A stretch of 64,000 nucleotides of DNA, taken from positions 32,001-96,000 of the IMG/VR virus record IMGVR_UViG_3300029258_001212; one strand, 5' to 3'. This document shows positions 1 to 8,823 of the stretch, one piece after another (positions within the stretch are counted from its first letter, which is position 1; the number at the start of each line of letters is the position of its first letter). Position numbers and translations under genes: made by a program. The notes under the pieces are model-generated. The model did no database searches and was not told the origin of the DNA. It saw only the letters and a program-made list of their open reading frames with translations. Source of the DNA: a virus.

Positions 1-1
1 G

Positions 2-244
2 AAGCATCGCCAGATGGGCAACGCGGACACCTACACGCGCCGGGTGTCCGACAAGGAAAAGGCGATCAACTTCGTGACGGCGGCCCTCAAGGCCAACGGT
101 CTGGTGGGCTACCACAACAAGGTGGAGCAAGACGGGCTCACCGAGTATCACTTCGAGCACCGGCGCTACCGCAAGCTGGTGGCCACGCTCGAGGACTGGC
201 ACGACACCCCTGAGATGGTGCTGAGAGTACAGGACCTGGCGTAG
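2..244 (+). CDS. hypothetical protein (probably 5'-truncated by window edge)
   Basis: Frame is open from position 2 through ATG 14 to stop 244; abuts the next gene. Confidence 0.6.
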   Translation, partial: KHRQMGNADTYTRRVSDKEKAINFVTAALKANGLVGYHNKVEQDGLTEYHFEHRRYRKLVATLEDWHDTPEMVLRVQDLA

Positions 245-245
245 C

Positions 246-608
246 ATGAGCTGGTTTCTCGAGACATACCGCGAGCTCTCTGGCCTGATGGAGGCCACGG
301 CGTTCCGCGGCCTGAGCAAGGCAGAGCTCAAGGAGCTCATGGCCGAGCTCAAGTCCAAGTTCGGTCCGCTCCGGGCCAAGTATTGGACCACACCGAAGCA
401 CGCCACCGGACAGGTAACCCTGAAGCCCTACAGGCGGGACCAGGACGCCTGGGGCGAAGACCTGGACCGATGGGTGCGCCTGGTGGACCATCTCATCGCC
501 TGGGGCGCATTCAGCCCCACGGTGAGCCTCGAGAAGCAACGCGGCGAGCCTGGCGTGTGGGGTAACCAGTTCCCCCTCGCTGGATTGACGTTCTATAGGA
601 GAGCCTGA
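246..608 (+). CDS. hypothetical protein; candidate internal head (cargo) protein
   Basis: Leader MSWFLETYRELSGLME|A followed by a basic domain; TGATG coupling to next gene. Confidence 0.7.
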   Translation: MSWFLETYRELSGLMEATAFRGLSKAELKELMAELKSKFGPLRAKYWTTPKHATGQVTLKPYRRDQDAWGEDLDRWVRLVDHLIAWGAFSPTVSLEKQRGEPGVWGNQFPLAGLTFYRRA

Positions 609-1519
609 TGCGGAAAAATCATCCCTATCGTGCCACCATGCTGGCCATCAGCCGGCGGATGCAGCGCAGCGGCTACAGCGTGGCCTACACGAAGCATGGG
701 GACCATGAGCTCGGGGTGCCGGACCCACCGGCCGGGGCGGCGTGGATCTCGTTCACCGAGAGCGAGGACTGCCAGGGCTTTGCCCATGCCCTCGGGTTGC
801 TCGGGCTCGAGGAGTCCGTGAGCAAAAGCGGCCGGACATGCTTCGAGCTCCCGGACGGCGGCGCCGCGTGCGTGGTCGAGTCCGGTGACGGTACAGGGTA
901 TCTGTACCTGAGCGAGCTGGGCCCGGTGGAGGAGACCAGGGCGGCCAAGCTGGGCACCCTCCTAGAGACCATCCGCGCGCCGCGCGTCAGCGAGCCAGAT
1001 CCGCTCACCGAGGCCCGCGCGAGCCGGCCAGGGATGACCCAATTCCGCGATCTGACCCTCCGCAAAAAGGTGGTGGACCAGATCATGAAGGCCGTCATGC
1101 AGGACATTCCGATCATCCTCACCGGCCAGCCCGGGTCCGGGCGGATCATGATCGCCCGACGTATTGCCCAGATGGTGAAGGGGCCCCTCCGCGCTCCGCA
1201 CTACACGGTGAGCATGAAGGGCCTGACCGGGACGGTGCGGAACGGCCGTTACGTGGAAGGCGATCTCACCATGGCCAACCAGGGGGTGCTCCTGTTGGAC
1301 GAGGGGGCGGAGATGCGGCGGCCGGCCCTCGAGGCCATCGGCCAGGCGGTGCGCTTGAAGCAGGTGCAGCTCCCTGGGATGCAGGAGCCCCGCCAGGCGG
1401 ACTTCCACCTGGTGATGACGGCTCCGGATGCCTCCGGGGCCAAGCGCGCATTGAAGTTCATGGGGCTCACCAAGGTGGCCACCATTCACATTGCCAAGGG
1501 TGACTTGGCGGTCAAGTAG
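608..1519 (+). CDS. two-domain protein with C-terminal ComM/YifB (Mg-chelatase-like) AAA+ fragment
   Basis: ILTGQPGSGRIM (degenerate Walker A), RAPHYTVS, GDLTMANQGVLLLDE resemble ComM RAPHHTAS...GEISLAHRGVLFLDE. Confidence 0.7.
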   Translation: MRKNHPYRATMLAISRRMQRSGYSVAYTKHGDHELGVPDPPAGAAWISFTESEDCQGFAHALGLLGLEESVSKSGRTCFELPDGGAACVVESGDGTGYLYLSELGPVEETRAAKLGTLLETIRAPRVSEPDPLTEARASRPGMTQFRDLTLRKKVVDQIMKAVMQDIPIILTGQPGSGRIMIARRIAQMVKGPLRAPHYTVSMKGLTGTVRNGRYVEGDLTMANQGVLLLDEGAEMRRPALEAIGQAVRLKQVQLPGMQEPRQADFHLVMTAPDASGAKRALKFMGLTKVATIHIAKGDLAVK

Positions 1520-1531
1520 CAGGAGAACACG

Positions 1532-2155
1532 ATGAGCATCAGAACCCAGAAGCTGGCCCGGCTACTCGAGCAGATCCGCGGCGGCTCGGACGAGCCCCTG
1601 GACGAGACCATGTACGCCATCGGGTCCGGCGGTCTCCGCAAGCTCGGCGGGATGACCATCTTCCCGAACCAGGTGTATTTCATGGGCGCCTCGAGCTCGC
1701 CCAGTGGCATTTTCGTGACCCGGGTGACGGACGATGCGGTGACCTACAAACAGCTCTATTCGATGGGCAAGGAGCAGCGCATTCAGCGCCCCATCGCGGA
1801 CGACTTGGTTCGCCAGGGCACCGAGACCTGGCTCAAGTCCGGTTACCAGAAGTACCAGCCGGAGCGAGCTCGCAAGCTCAAGGCTCTCCTGGCGGGCAAG
1901 AAGCAGCCCCCGGAGAAAGAGGAGGACTACGTGCGGTGGCGCGTGGAGGTGAAGGCGGTGAACCCGCCCACCGGCAAGATGACCAGGGAGACGGATCCCT
2001 GGTATCGCGCGGAGGAGTACGGCAACGTCGGCTCGCGCGAGGACCCGAAGCACGGCACCGTCTACGAGATCACCAGCGTGACCGGGAAGGCTCTCAAGGA
2101 GCTTCGCAAGGACAAAGCATTCAAGGTGCTCAAAGCCACCCGCGAGAAACGGTAG
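1532..2155 (+). CDS. hypothetical protein; candidate internal head (cargo) protein
   Basis: SD AGGAG; leader KLARLLEQIRGGSDEPLDE|T. Confidence 0.75.
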   Translation: MSIRTQKLARLLEQIRGGSDEPLDETMYAIGSGGLRKLGGMTIFPNQVYFMGASSSPSGIFVTRVTDDAVTYKQLYSMGKEQRIQRPIADDLVRQGTETWLKSGYQKYQPERARKLKALLAGKKQPPEKEEDYVRWRVEVKAVNPPTGKMTRETDPWYRAEEYGNVGSREDPKHGTVYEITSVTGKALKELRKDKAFKVLKATREKR

Positions 2156-2164
2156 GAGGACACG

Positions 2165-2824
2165 ATGACCCCGACCCAGTACATGCTCCCCGTCCCTTAC
2201 GAGACCATCGAAGTGGACGGCCAGGAGTGGGAGGTGGTGACCGCGGGAGCGGATGCCAAGTCCTACGTGGTGAGCCTCAAGAAGCCCGGCAAGGGTGGCA
2301 ACCTCTACTACCTCGAGCTGGACCTGGAGAGCGGGGAGCCGAAGGGGTCCCCGCGCAAGATTGGCAACATCGAAATGCTCGAGGGTGATGCCCTTGGTGG
2401 GCTCCTCGGGCAGCTCCGCGAGGAGTCCGGTTTGGCGGAGGCGCGCCCACGCCTTGCCGATCAGAGATCGGTGGTCAAGATCGGCCGCTCCGGGAAATCC
2501 TACAGCTACTTCTACCAGGGTTCCACGGCGGGGCGCTGGGATGAGCTCGAGGGGCTGGACGCCCAGGAGGTGTTTCGCAAGACGCTGGCCGTTCTCAAGA
2601 TGTACCCGCAGACCACGGTGCTCCTGCCCAACAGGTGGAGCTTCGGGCGGCGATCTGAAGCTGTGCGGAGCCAGCGCCTCCCCTTTGTGCTCCTGGCGAA
2701 GCAGGGGCAGGAGGTGGACGCCACCGACAGCCCAAAGGACTTCTGGACCGAATACGGGATGCAGCTCCTACGCGGCCAAGTGAAGCTCAAGCCGCGCGAG
2801 ACGCGCCCGGCGCCGGGGTGGTAG
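2165..2824 (+). CDS. hypothetical two-domain protein; candidate cargo protein
   Basis: SD AGGAGG; internal linker LGGLLGQLREESGLAE|A. Confidence 0.75.
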   Translation: MTPTQYMLPVPYETIEVDGQEWEVVTAGADAKSYVVSLKKPGKGGNLYYLELDLESGEPKGSPRKIGNIEMLEGDALGGLLGQLREESGLAEARPRLADQRSVVKIGRSGKSYSYFYQGSTAGRWDELEGLDAQEVFRKTLAVLKMYPQTTVLLPNRWSFGRRSEAVRSQRLPFVLLAKQGQEVDATDSPKDFWTEYGMQLLRGQVKLKPRETRPAPGW

Positions 2825-2826
2825 GG

Positions 2827-3726
2827 ATGAACCTCGAGGCGATCCAGGGGCTCCTCATGGAGCTCAGGTCCCAGGTGAGCCAGATCGGGCTCGACTTCAC
2901 TGGTGCGGCAGAGCGAAAGCGCGCCAGGCGCACCCGCACGCGCGTGCGACGTGTGCCCAACCCACGGAAGCCCCGGCGCCCGTCTCCGGCCCGGGCCGAA
3001 CCAGTGCCCCTCGAGCCCCCGCCAGAGCCAGCTACCCCACGGGTCAAGCTGGCTGACTTCCGGTTGCCACCTACGCGCAAGGAGGCCCACACCGGCGAGC
3101 TCCTGGGGCGCTGTATCGACTGCAAGCGCAAGCTGGCCAAGACGGCCGGCAAGGGCACGAAGTGGTGTCCACGGTGCAACAAGCTCCACCAGCAAAGCAT
3201 CCCGGTAGACCTGGGCAGCGGGGAGCGCAAGGTCAAGAAGCGGACCAGGTGCCCCACGTGCGGCGGTGTGAAGCGCAAGACGGACTACCAGTGCCAGAAG
3301 TGTTTTCAGGCCAGGCATACCCGGTTCGCCCAGATCGAACACATCGTCCAGGCGATCCGTGAGCTCGGCAGTCTGATCCTCGAGGCCAATGCCCAGCGGC
3401 GCGACCCGTGGGAGCTCATGCCGATCCTGGACCAGTGGCTCAAGGACAAGGGATGGCGCCGCAACACGAAGGCCCCTCACTGGGTGAAACGGGCCTGGTA
3501 TAAACCGGTCTACCGCGAGGCCAAGGGAGACCAGTGGGCGAACCTTCGGAGCGCCCTCCGCAAGCTCGCCCCGAAGCTGGGCGGCAAGTACATCGAACAG
3601 CCGGCGCTGGCGGACGAGGAGGACACCCTCCTGGTGACCGTGCCGGGCTACTTCACCATCACGGCCCAGGTGCCCAACGTCCAGTTCGGCGTGGCCAAGC
3701 TGTCCGTGACGACGCGCAAGAGGTGA
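2827..3726 (+). CDS. basic zinc-finger protein
   Basis: Four CxxC pairs (CIDC, CPRC, CPTC, CQKC) and an R/P-rich N-terminal region. Confidence 0.7.
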   Translation: MNLEAIQGLLMELRSQVSQIGLDFTGAAERKRARRTRTRVRRVPNPRKPRRPSPARAEPVPLEPPPEPATPRVKLADFRLPPTRKEAHTGELLGRCIDCKRKLAKTAGKGTKWCPRCNKLHQQSIPVDLGSGERKVKKRTRCPTCGGVKRKTDYQCQKCFQARHTRFAQIEHIVQAIRELGSLILEANAQRRDPWELMPILDQWLKDKGWRRNTKAPHWVKRAWYKPVYREAKGDQWANLRSALRKLAPKLGGKYIEQPALADEEDTLLVTVPGYFTITAQVPNVQFGVAKLSVTTRKR

Positions 3727-3730
3727 CAGG

Positions 3731-5983
3731 ATGAAAACGCTGGACAAGATCGCTCGCAACGACAAGACGGGGTTCATGAAGTGGTGGGGCGAGGTTGCCG
3801 GCCTACTGAACGGCACCATGGGCGCCAATCCGGGCTACTCCAAGATCAAGATGAGCGACACCATCGGGGTCAACGTGCCCACCGGTGTGATCTACGTTTC
3901 GCCCATGCGTAGCGGGAGCGACTTCCGCGCGGAGTCCTGGATCGACAGCGAGACCGAACAAGGACACAACGCCTTCAAGTGGCGTTCCAAGGGGCTCACT
4001 CCTCGCAAGGTGGCAGCCGACATTCAACGAAAGTGGGGAAAGCATCTCTGGGAGAACACGGACGAGCAACGGATGGGTGCCATCATGGGCGTGGTACTCG
4101 AGGAGTCGGACAATATTTTGTTCCACGCGGGGCTCCTCGGGGAGCGCCAGAAGCGGCCGGGGACGGGTGACTTCCCGGACGAGTCCAAGGTGCGTCAGGG
4201 TTCCTTCAAGATCGGCCAGGACTTCATGAAGCTGGTGAAGCAGGAGAAGCTCGACGGGCCTCACATGCTTCTGTTCAGGGAGGTGCGGGACCACATCAAC
4301 AAGATCCCCAGGGAGAAGCTCCCGGAGATCTGGGGCCTGGACAACATCCCGGATGCCCAGGACGAGATCGCCCGAGCTCCACGCAAGGCGTTCCAGGCGT
4401 TCCTGCGAAACGTCCACAAGGTGGACCGCAAGCTCGCCGGGTACATCCGGCGCATCGCGGACAACGTACCGCTGGTCTGGTACATGATCATGCAGAGGAT
4501 CAGCGGCAAGGACATGGCGGACATCATCCTGAACCGCTACTTCACAACCAAGAATTACTACGAGCCGTCGCAGCGTGTGAAGATGCGCGACAAGCGGCGC
4601 CGTAAGGCAAGCAAGATGCCCTCCGGCAGCCAGCCCGGACTGTTTCCCGAGGGGCAGGAGCTGGACGAGGGCATTATGAAAAAGCACGCGGGCCTCTACA
4701 AGGCGCCGGACCGGGGAAGCTCGCAGAGCTATGTGCTGGTGAAGCGTGGTTCCGAGGGCTATCTGAAAAAGTGGGCCGAGCGCCAAGGACTCGTGTTCCA
4801 CGGCGGCCACGGCCTGAGCGGGGAAAAGGGTTACTTCGAGGACCCGAACACCGGGAGCTACTACGTGCTGGGCACGGGCAACAAGCGCAGCCCGTTCGCC
4901 GCGAACGAGGATCAGGACTCCCTCGGTGAGCTCCTCGGTGAGCTCGAGGAGGCCAAGGGCAAGTGCGGCCGGAAGCCTCGAGGCGGTGGTGTCCAGGACG
5001 GCAAGGGCCCGCATGGGGCCGGGCGCGGGCGCGGGCGGATGGAGCTCGAGGACCAGGAGCTCGGGGAGGCGGCCAGCCCCGAGCAGCTCCACCAAGCCAA
5101 GATGATGATCATCAAGATGCTGGACCAGGCGGTCCGCAAGGCCATCGGTGGCAGCGTCAAGGGCTTCACCGGTGACAAGGGCGGTGCCGTCATGGGCCGG
5201 TGGGTCACGAAGTCCAAGCTCGGGGAGCACACAATGATCGTTCGCATCCCGCCCAGGATGACCGAATTCAGTGTGTCCACTTACACGAAGCACAAGAACG
5301 CCAACATCAAACCCAAGGTGCTGGACGAGACCATGGTGGACATGCGGAAGGTGTGGAAGGGGGACAAGAAGTACGATTGGCGCCCCATCACAGATCTGTT
5401 CAAGCAAGAGATCGCCACCGGCGGCAACCGCAACGTCGTGTCCGTGGAGGACCAGGACAACCTCGGTGAGCTCCTGGGCGAGCTCCGCCAGGCGTCCGGG
5501 CTCGAGGACCTGGACGAGGCGGCGCGCCCCAAGCTGATCAAGGGTGACACGGTGCCCAAGGACCTGGCGGCCCTGTGGCCAGTGCTCCGGCGGTTCGGCT
5601 TCAAGCGCCCCAAGCTCAAGCGGACGGTGGAGTACGAGGGCACGCCTCACCAGTACACCATGGTTATGCCGGCCAGCGGGATCTGGGAGCGCAGCGGGAG
5701 CCGCAAGAAGTCCGCGTTCACGTCCAAGGAACGCTGGGAACTCTCCAAGGCGATCAAGGAGTGGGCCGCGAAGCACGGATGGACCCACAAGATGGGTCCG
5801 CGGGGGTTCCACGGCAATGAAACGGACACCTTTGCGAAGATGCAGCCCAAGCTCCCGACCCACAAGGTGCCCAACGAAGCGCACCTCACCATGCGTACTT
5901 CCGGGCGCCTCAAGAGCGGTTACGCCCCCGGCGAGGACGTGCTCCAGAACGTCTACTTCAATCTCAGCTACGCCACCAGATAG
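3731..5983 (+). CDS. 750-aa modular polyprotein-like protein; candidate internal head protein
   Basis: Basic domains separated by repeated acidic linkers EDQD(S/N)LGELLGEL...LxE. Confidence 0.8.
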   Translation: MKTLDKIARNDKTGFMKWWGEVAGLLNGTMGANPGYSKIKMSDTIGVNVPTGVIYVSPMRSGSDFRAESWIDSETEQGHNAFKWRSKGLTPRKVAADIQRKWGKHLWENTDEQRMGAIMGVVLEESDNILFHAGLLGERQKRPGTGDFPDESKVRQGSFKIGQDFMKLVKQEKLDGPHMLLFREVRDHINKIPREKLPEIWGLDNIPDAQDEIARAPRKAFQAFLRNVHKVDRKLAGYIRRIADNVPLVWYMIMQRISGKDMADIILNRYFTTKNYYEPSQRVKMRDKRRRKASKMPSGSQPGLFPEGQELDEGIMKKHAGLYKAPDRGSSQSYVLVKRGSEGYLKKWAERQGLVFHGGHGLSGEKGYFEDPNTGSYYVLGTGNKRSPFAANEDQDSLGELLGELEEAKGKCGRKPRGGGVQDGKGPHGAGRGRGRMELEDQELGEAASPEQLHQAKMMIIKMLDQAVRKAIGGSVKGFTGDKGGAVMGRWVTKSKLGEHTMIVRIPPRMTEFSVSTYTKHKNANIKPKVLDETMVDMRKVWKGDKKYDWRPITDLFKQEIATGGNRNVVSVEDQDNLGELLGELRQASGLEDLDEAARPKLIKGDTVPKDLAALWPVLRRFGFKRPKLKRTVEYEGTPHQYTMVMPASGIWERSGSRKKSAFTSKERWELSKAIKEWAAKHGWTHKMGPRGFHGNETDTFAKMQPKLPTHKVPNEAHLTMRTSGRLKSGYAPGEDVLQNVYFNLSYATR

Positions 5984-6092
5984 CACTCCTCTGAGGCATA
6001 AGCCCTTGACAGGGCTTGTATCCCCTCCATATTTCGGGCACGATAAGGGTAGTTAAGGGCAAGCAAGCGAAAGCGGCCCGACGAGGTGTACC

Positions 6093-6356
6093 ATGAGCTA
6101 CGCGGCGCAGTTGAAAGAGGAGGTTCGGATGCGGGCGGACGTGCCCACTGTCCGGCCGGCGGCCGGCGAGGACCGCGAGAGTGCCGTCTCGGCCCTCCGC
6201 GCCCTTGGGGCCCAGGCCACCCAGCTCGCAACTCAGCTCGAGCGAGGCCAGCTCTCCGAGGCCACGCTGGACGGCGTGTGGGAGCACATCAACGGTGCCA
6301 CCAGGGCGATGGTGGAGGCCACCCGTGCGGCCTTCGATGCCCAGCGGCGCAAGTAG
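6093..6356 (+). CDS. small helical hypothetical protein
   Basis: SD GAGGT before ATG; genome-typical codon usage. Confidence 0.65.
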   Translation: MSYAAQLKEEVRMRADVPTVRPAAGEDRESAVSALRALGAQATQLATQLERGQLSEATLDGVWEHINGATRAMVEATRAAFDAQRRK

Positions 6357-6366
6357 CACCTCAACC

Positions 6367-6435
6367 TTGGCACGGCTGTTGCTTCTTCTTAATTAACCTT
6401 ATCTCTCTCTGTTAGAGGAGAAGAGTCTTGAGGGT
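6367..6435 (+). promoter_or_regulatory. dispersed repeat copy 1: sigma54-type promoter + TTAATTAA + dyad
   Basis: TTGGCACGGCTGTTGCT matches the TGGCACG-N4-TTGC consensus; downstream ~50 bp conserved in six copies. Confidence 0.8.
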
Positions 6436-6474
6436 TTGATTTGCGGGCCGTGGTGGCCCGGGGAGATTGGAGCC

Positions 6475-6738
6475 ATGAAACAAGATCGGAAACCGAAGAT
6501 GATCGGGTGGGTGTTCCTGGTGTTCGGGGGCATGTTCCTGTTGGGGACGGTGCTGTTCGGAATCATGGACCGCACCATCATGGACAACATCGCTGCGGCC
6601 GTGTGCGCGTGCGGGATGGTGTTGTCGGTGGGGTTCTGGGCGCACGTGTGGGTGGCGCGCCAGCGGCTCCGCCAGAGCGAGCTCCTGGAGATCCGGCTGC
6701 AACAGCTCGGTGAGCACTGGAAGGCGAGCGCCCGGTAG
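6475..6738 (+). CDS. small two-TM membrane protein
   Basis: Two hydrophobic segments; SD GGAG. Confidence 0.7.
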   Translation: MKQDRKPKMIGWVFLVFGGMFLLGTVLFGIMDRTIMDNIAAAVCACGMVLSVGFWAHVWVARQRLRQSELLEIRLQQLGEHWKASAR

Positions 6739-6803
6739 TGCTAGGATAGGGGCGCGAATCCAAGCAAGCCCCGGCCATCGTGCCGGCGAACAAGGAGGCA
6801 ACG

Positions 6804-7241
6804 ATGGATCGGCTAGACGCATTGCTCCAGGAGGAGCGGGGGCACCAGGGCCTGGTGGACCTTCCGGCCATTGGTGGTCCGGTGGTGGACGAGGGGGCAG
6901 ACCGGCACGCAGTCCATGAGCTGGAGCTCTATATCGACAACACTCACCAGCTCTACAAGGACAAGTGGGAAAACTTCTTCTCGAGTCTCACGCGCAAGGT
7001 GGCGGCCGGGAAGTATGATCGCAAGCGGGCGCTCAAGATGATGGGCTACCTGGTGGACCGCGCGGCCAAGGAGTACGCCAAGGAGTTCGGGGGCACTTGG
7101 AATCAGATCTTCTCGGTGCCCACCCGCAAGGCCGTGGCGGCGTCACAGGTGGAGGAGTTCGAAGATGTGGTGAAGGACTCTCCGGAGGACTTGGCCAAGT
7201 GGGTCCCCAAGAAGTACGCGAAGAACAAGCTCAAGATCTGA
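6804..7241 (+). CDS. conserved phage hypothetical domain (ELELYIDN...GKYD...AAKEYAKEFG) behind an acidic leader
   Basis: SD AAGGAGG; leader MDRLDALLQEE...VVDE|G. Confidence 0.75.
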   Translation: MDRLDALLQEERGHQGLVDLPAIGGPVVDEGADRHAVHELELYIDNTHQLYKDKWENFFSSLTRKVAAGKYDRKRALKMMGYLVDRAAKEYAKEFGGTWNQIFSVPTRKAVAASQVEEFEDVVKDSPEDLAKWVPKKYAKNKLKI

Positions 7242-7305
7242 GCTCCCTTCCATCGTTCGATCTGTCCGTGGTAAGCTGCCCTCCTCGCTGTAGGAGGAAC
7301 GCAGC

Positions 7306-7581
7306 ATGGCAGACACCAGGACCTATACGGCCGTCACATCCGAGGTGATGGACGCCATCCGTGCCGGCCTCGAGGCGGCAGCCATCGACATGCCAGATAC
7401 GCCAGATGGGGAGGTGACGTTCTTCGGCACCCTCCGGTTCAAGTTCGGGTACACCTGGGATGACCAGGCAGAGACCCTCGAGCTCGAGATCCTGGACAAG
7501 CCGTTCTTCGCCCCGGCGGACAAGCTGTGGGAGTACGCAGACGCGGGGGTGAGTGCGTGCGGGGGGACGCCTCCGGCATAG
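7306..7581 (+). CDS. hypothetical acidic protein
   Basis: SD AGGAGG; compact ORF. Confidence 0.7.
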   Translation: MADTRTYTAVTSEVMDAIRAGLEAAAIDMPDTPDGEVTFFGTLRFKFGYTWDDQAETLELEILDKPFFAPADKLWEYADAGVSACGGTPPA

Positions 7582-7619
7582 CAAGCGTGGCCCGGGGCTG
7601 GGCCACCAGGAGGGAGCCG

Positions 7620-7895
7620 ATGGCGAGCTCGTTTCGCGTTGGCGAAGCAGATCTGAATTCGTTGGCCAGGTTGGTATTCGAGAGCCCAACTCACTCCAGG
7701 CGCGTGTACGCGAAGCAAGGCGATGAGCTCAAGTACATCGAACGCAATGGGCGCGGAGGCCCGCGCGTGGGCGCGTGTACGGCGGAGGAGTTCCGGCTGT
7801 GGTGCTCGAGGCGCCAGGTGCGAAGCCGGCCAGCCACCAGGCGCGAGACGGCGCGGGACTGGAAGATCATCCGGGCGATGCCCGGCGAACCATGA
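7620..7895 (+). CDS. hypothetical protein
   Basis: SD AGGAGG/GGAG upstream of ATG 7620. Confidence 0.55.
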   Translation: MASSFRVGEADLNSLARLVFESPTHSRRVYAKQGDELKYIERNGRGGPRVGACTAEEFRLWCSRRQVRSRPATRRETARDWKIIRAMPGEP

Positions 7896-7926
7896 ACGGC
7901 CCCGAGGGGGCCAGGAGGAGTCCAAG

Positions 7927-8541
7927 ATGAAACGGATGATGCGAGTGCTCCCGGCAGTGCTGGCGGTGATGCTGGTGACCGGATGCGCGGACAAGTTCTT
8001 CGCGGCCAAGGTGGCCGTCCAGTCGGGCCGGGCGGCCCTGAGCATGGCGAACATTGGCCTGACCACGGCGGATAAGGCAAAGCAGGATGCGTGCAAGATC
8101 CCGATATGCGAAAAGGTGGACAAGCCGGGGACGGTGAAGTACCGAGCCTGCATGGGGCAGGACCACAGCGCGGATCCGACCTGGGTGAGCTGCTATGCCA
8201 AGTTTAAGCACTTCATGACGGTCACGTGGCCCCAAGCCGAGAAGACGGCCAACGCCGGGTTCACCACTGCGGAGGCGAGTATCACCTTGGCGGAGGCCCA
8301 GAAGTCAGGTCTCCCCTTGGACGTGCTACCCGTGGTGAAGGCCAGCGCCTGTTTCGTGGCCCAGGCCCTCGAGTTCCTACCCGAGAAAGCGAAAAAGACC
8401 GTTCAGATGTTCCTGGACATGATGAAGGCGTTTGGCTGCCAGGCGCCCCCGGCCCCGGCGGCAGCTCCGCCGGCCCCGGCGCCAAGACCCCCGGCGGCCC
8501 CTCCGGCAACCGATTCACGTCCAGCCCCCGCGCGCCCGTGA
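7927..8541 (+). CDS. predicted lipoprotein
   Basis: MKRMMRVLPAVLAVMLVTG|C signal peptide with lipobox; SD AGGAGGAG; Pro/Ala-rich tail. Confidence 0.8.
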   Translation: MKRMMRVLPAVLAVMLVTGCADKFFAAKVAVQSGRAALSMANIGLTTADKAKQDACKIPICEKVDKPGTVKYRACMGQDHSADPTWVSCYAKFKHFMTVTWPQAEKTANAGFTTAEASITLAEAQKSGLPLDVLPVVKASACFVAQALEFLPEKAKKTVQMFLDMMKAFGCQAPPAPAAAPPAPAPRPPAAPPATDSRPAPARP

Positions 8542-8774
8542 CTGCGGCGCGGGATCCCTTCGATCTGGTGTTCCCCCTGGCGGGCCAGGAGGAGGAGCCA
8601 GAGGAGCTGGTGTGGCCCCAGGCGCCTCGGAATTGCCCCACCTGTGGAAGCGGTAGGCTTCGCTCTGGTGAGGACGGACAGGGGCGCTACTGGCGGTGCC
8701 TGACGTGCAAGCGGACGGGCGCCATCGAACCCCGCTCAGAGCAGCCGCGTCGGTATCGGATCCGCAAGCGATAG
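8538..8774 (+). CDS. zinc-ribbon protein
   Basis: CPTC...CLTC; GTGA overlap with the upstream stop. Confidence 0.55.
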   Translation: MTAARDPFDLVFPLAGQEEEPEELVWPQAPRNCPTCGSGRLRSGEDGQGRYWRCLTCKRTGAIEPRSEQPRRYRIRKR

Positions 8775-8823
8775 ATTTCTCACGCGATCCCGGCTAGTAT
8801 CTTGGGGTGAAAGCGACACCAGC

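Noticed and set aside
608-1519. AAA+ domain as the sigma54 enhancer-binding activator for the repeats
   Set aside because: No GAFTGA loop, degenerate Walker A, and motifs match the ComM/Mg-chelatase family instead
3803-5986. Long minus-strand ORFs (also 13103-14674, 22973-25183, 29137-31896, 61781-63163 and others)
   Set aside because: Antisense shadows of high-GC3 + strand genes; no motifs or SD; they fully overlap well-supported genes
5999-6035. Hairpin AAGCCCT-TGAC-AGGGCTT overlapping TTGACA as a promoter/operator
   Set aside because: Only a weak -10 (CATATT at 16 bp spacing); cannot distinguish from a terminator-like hairpin
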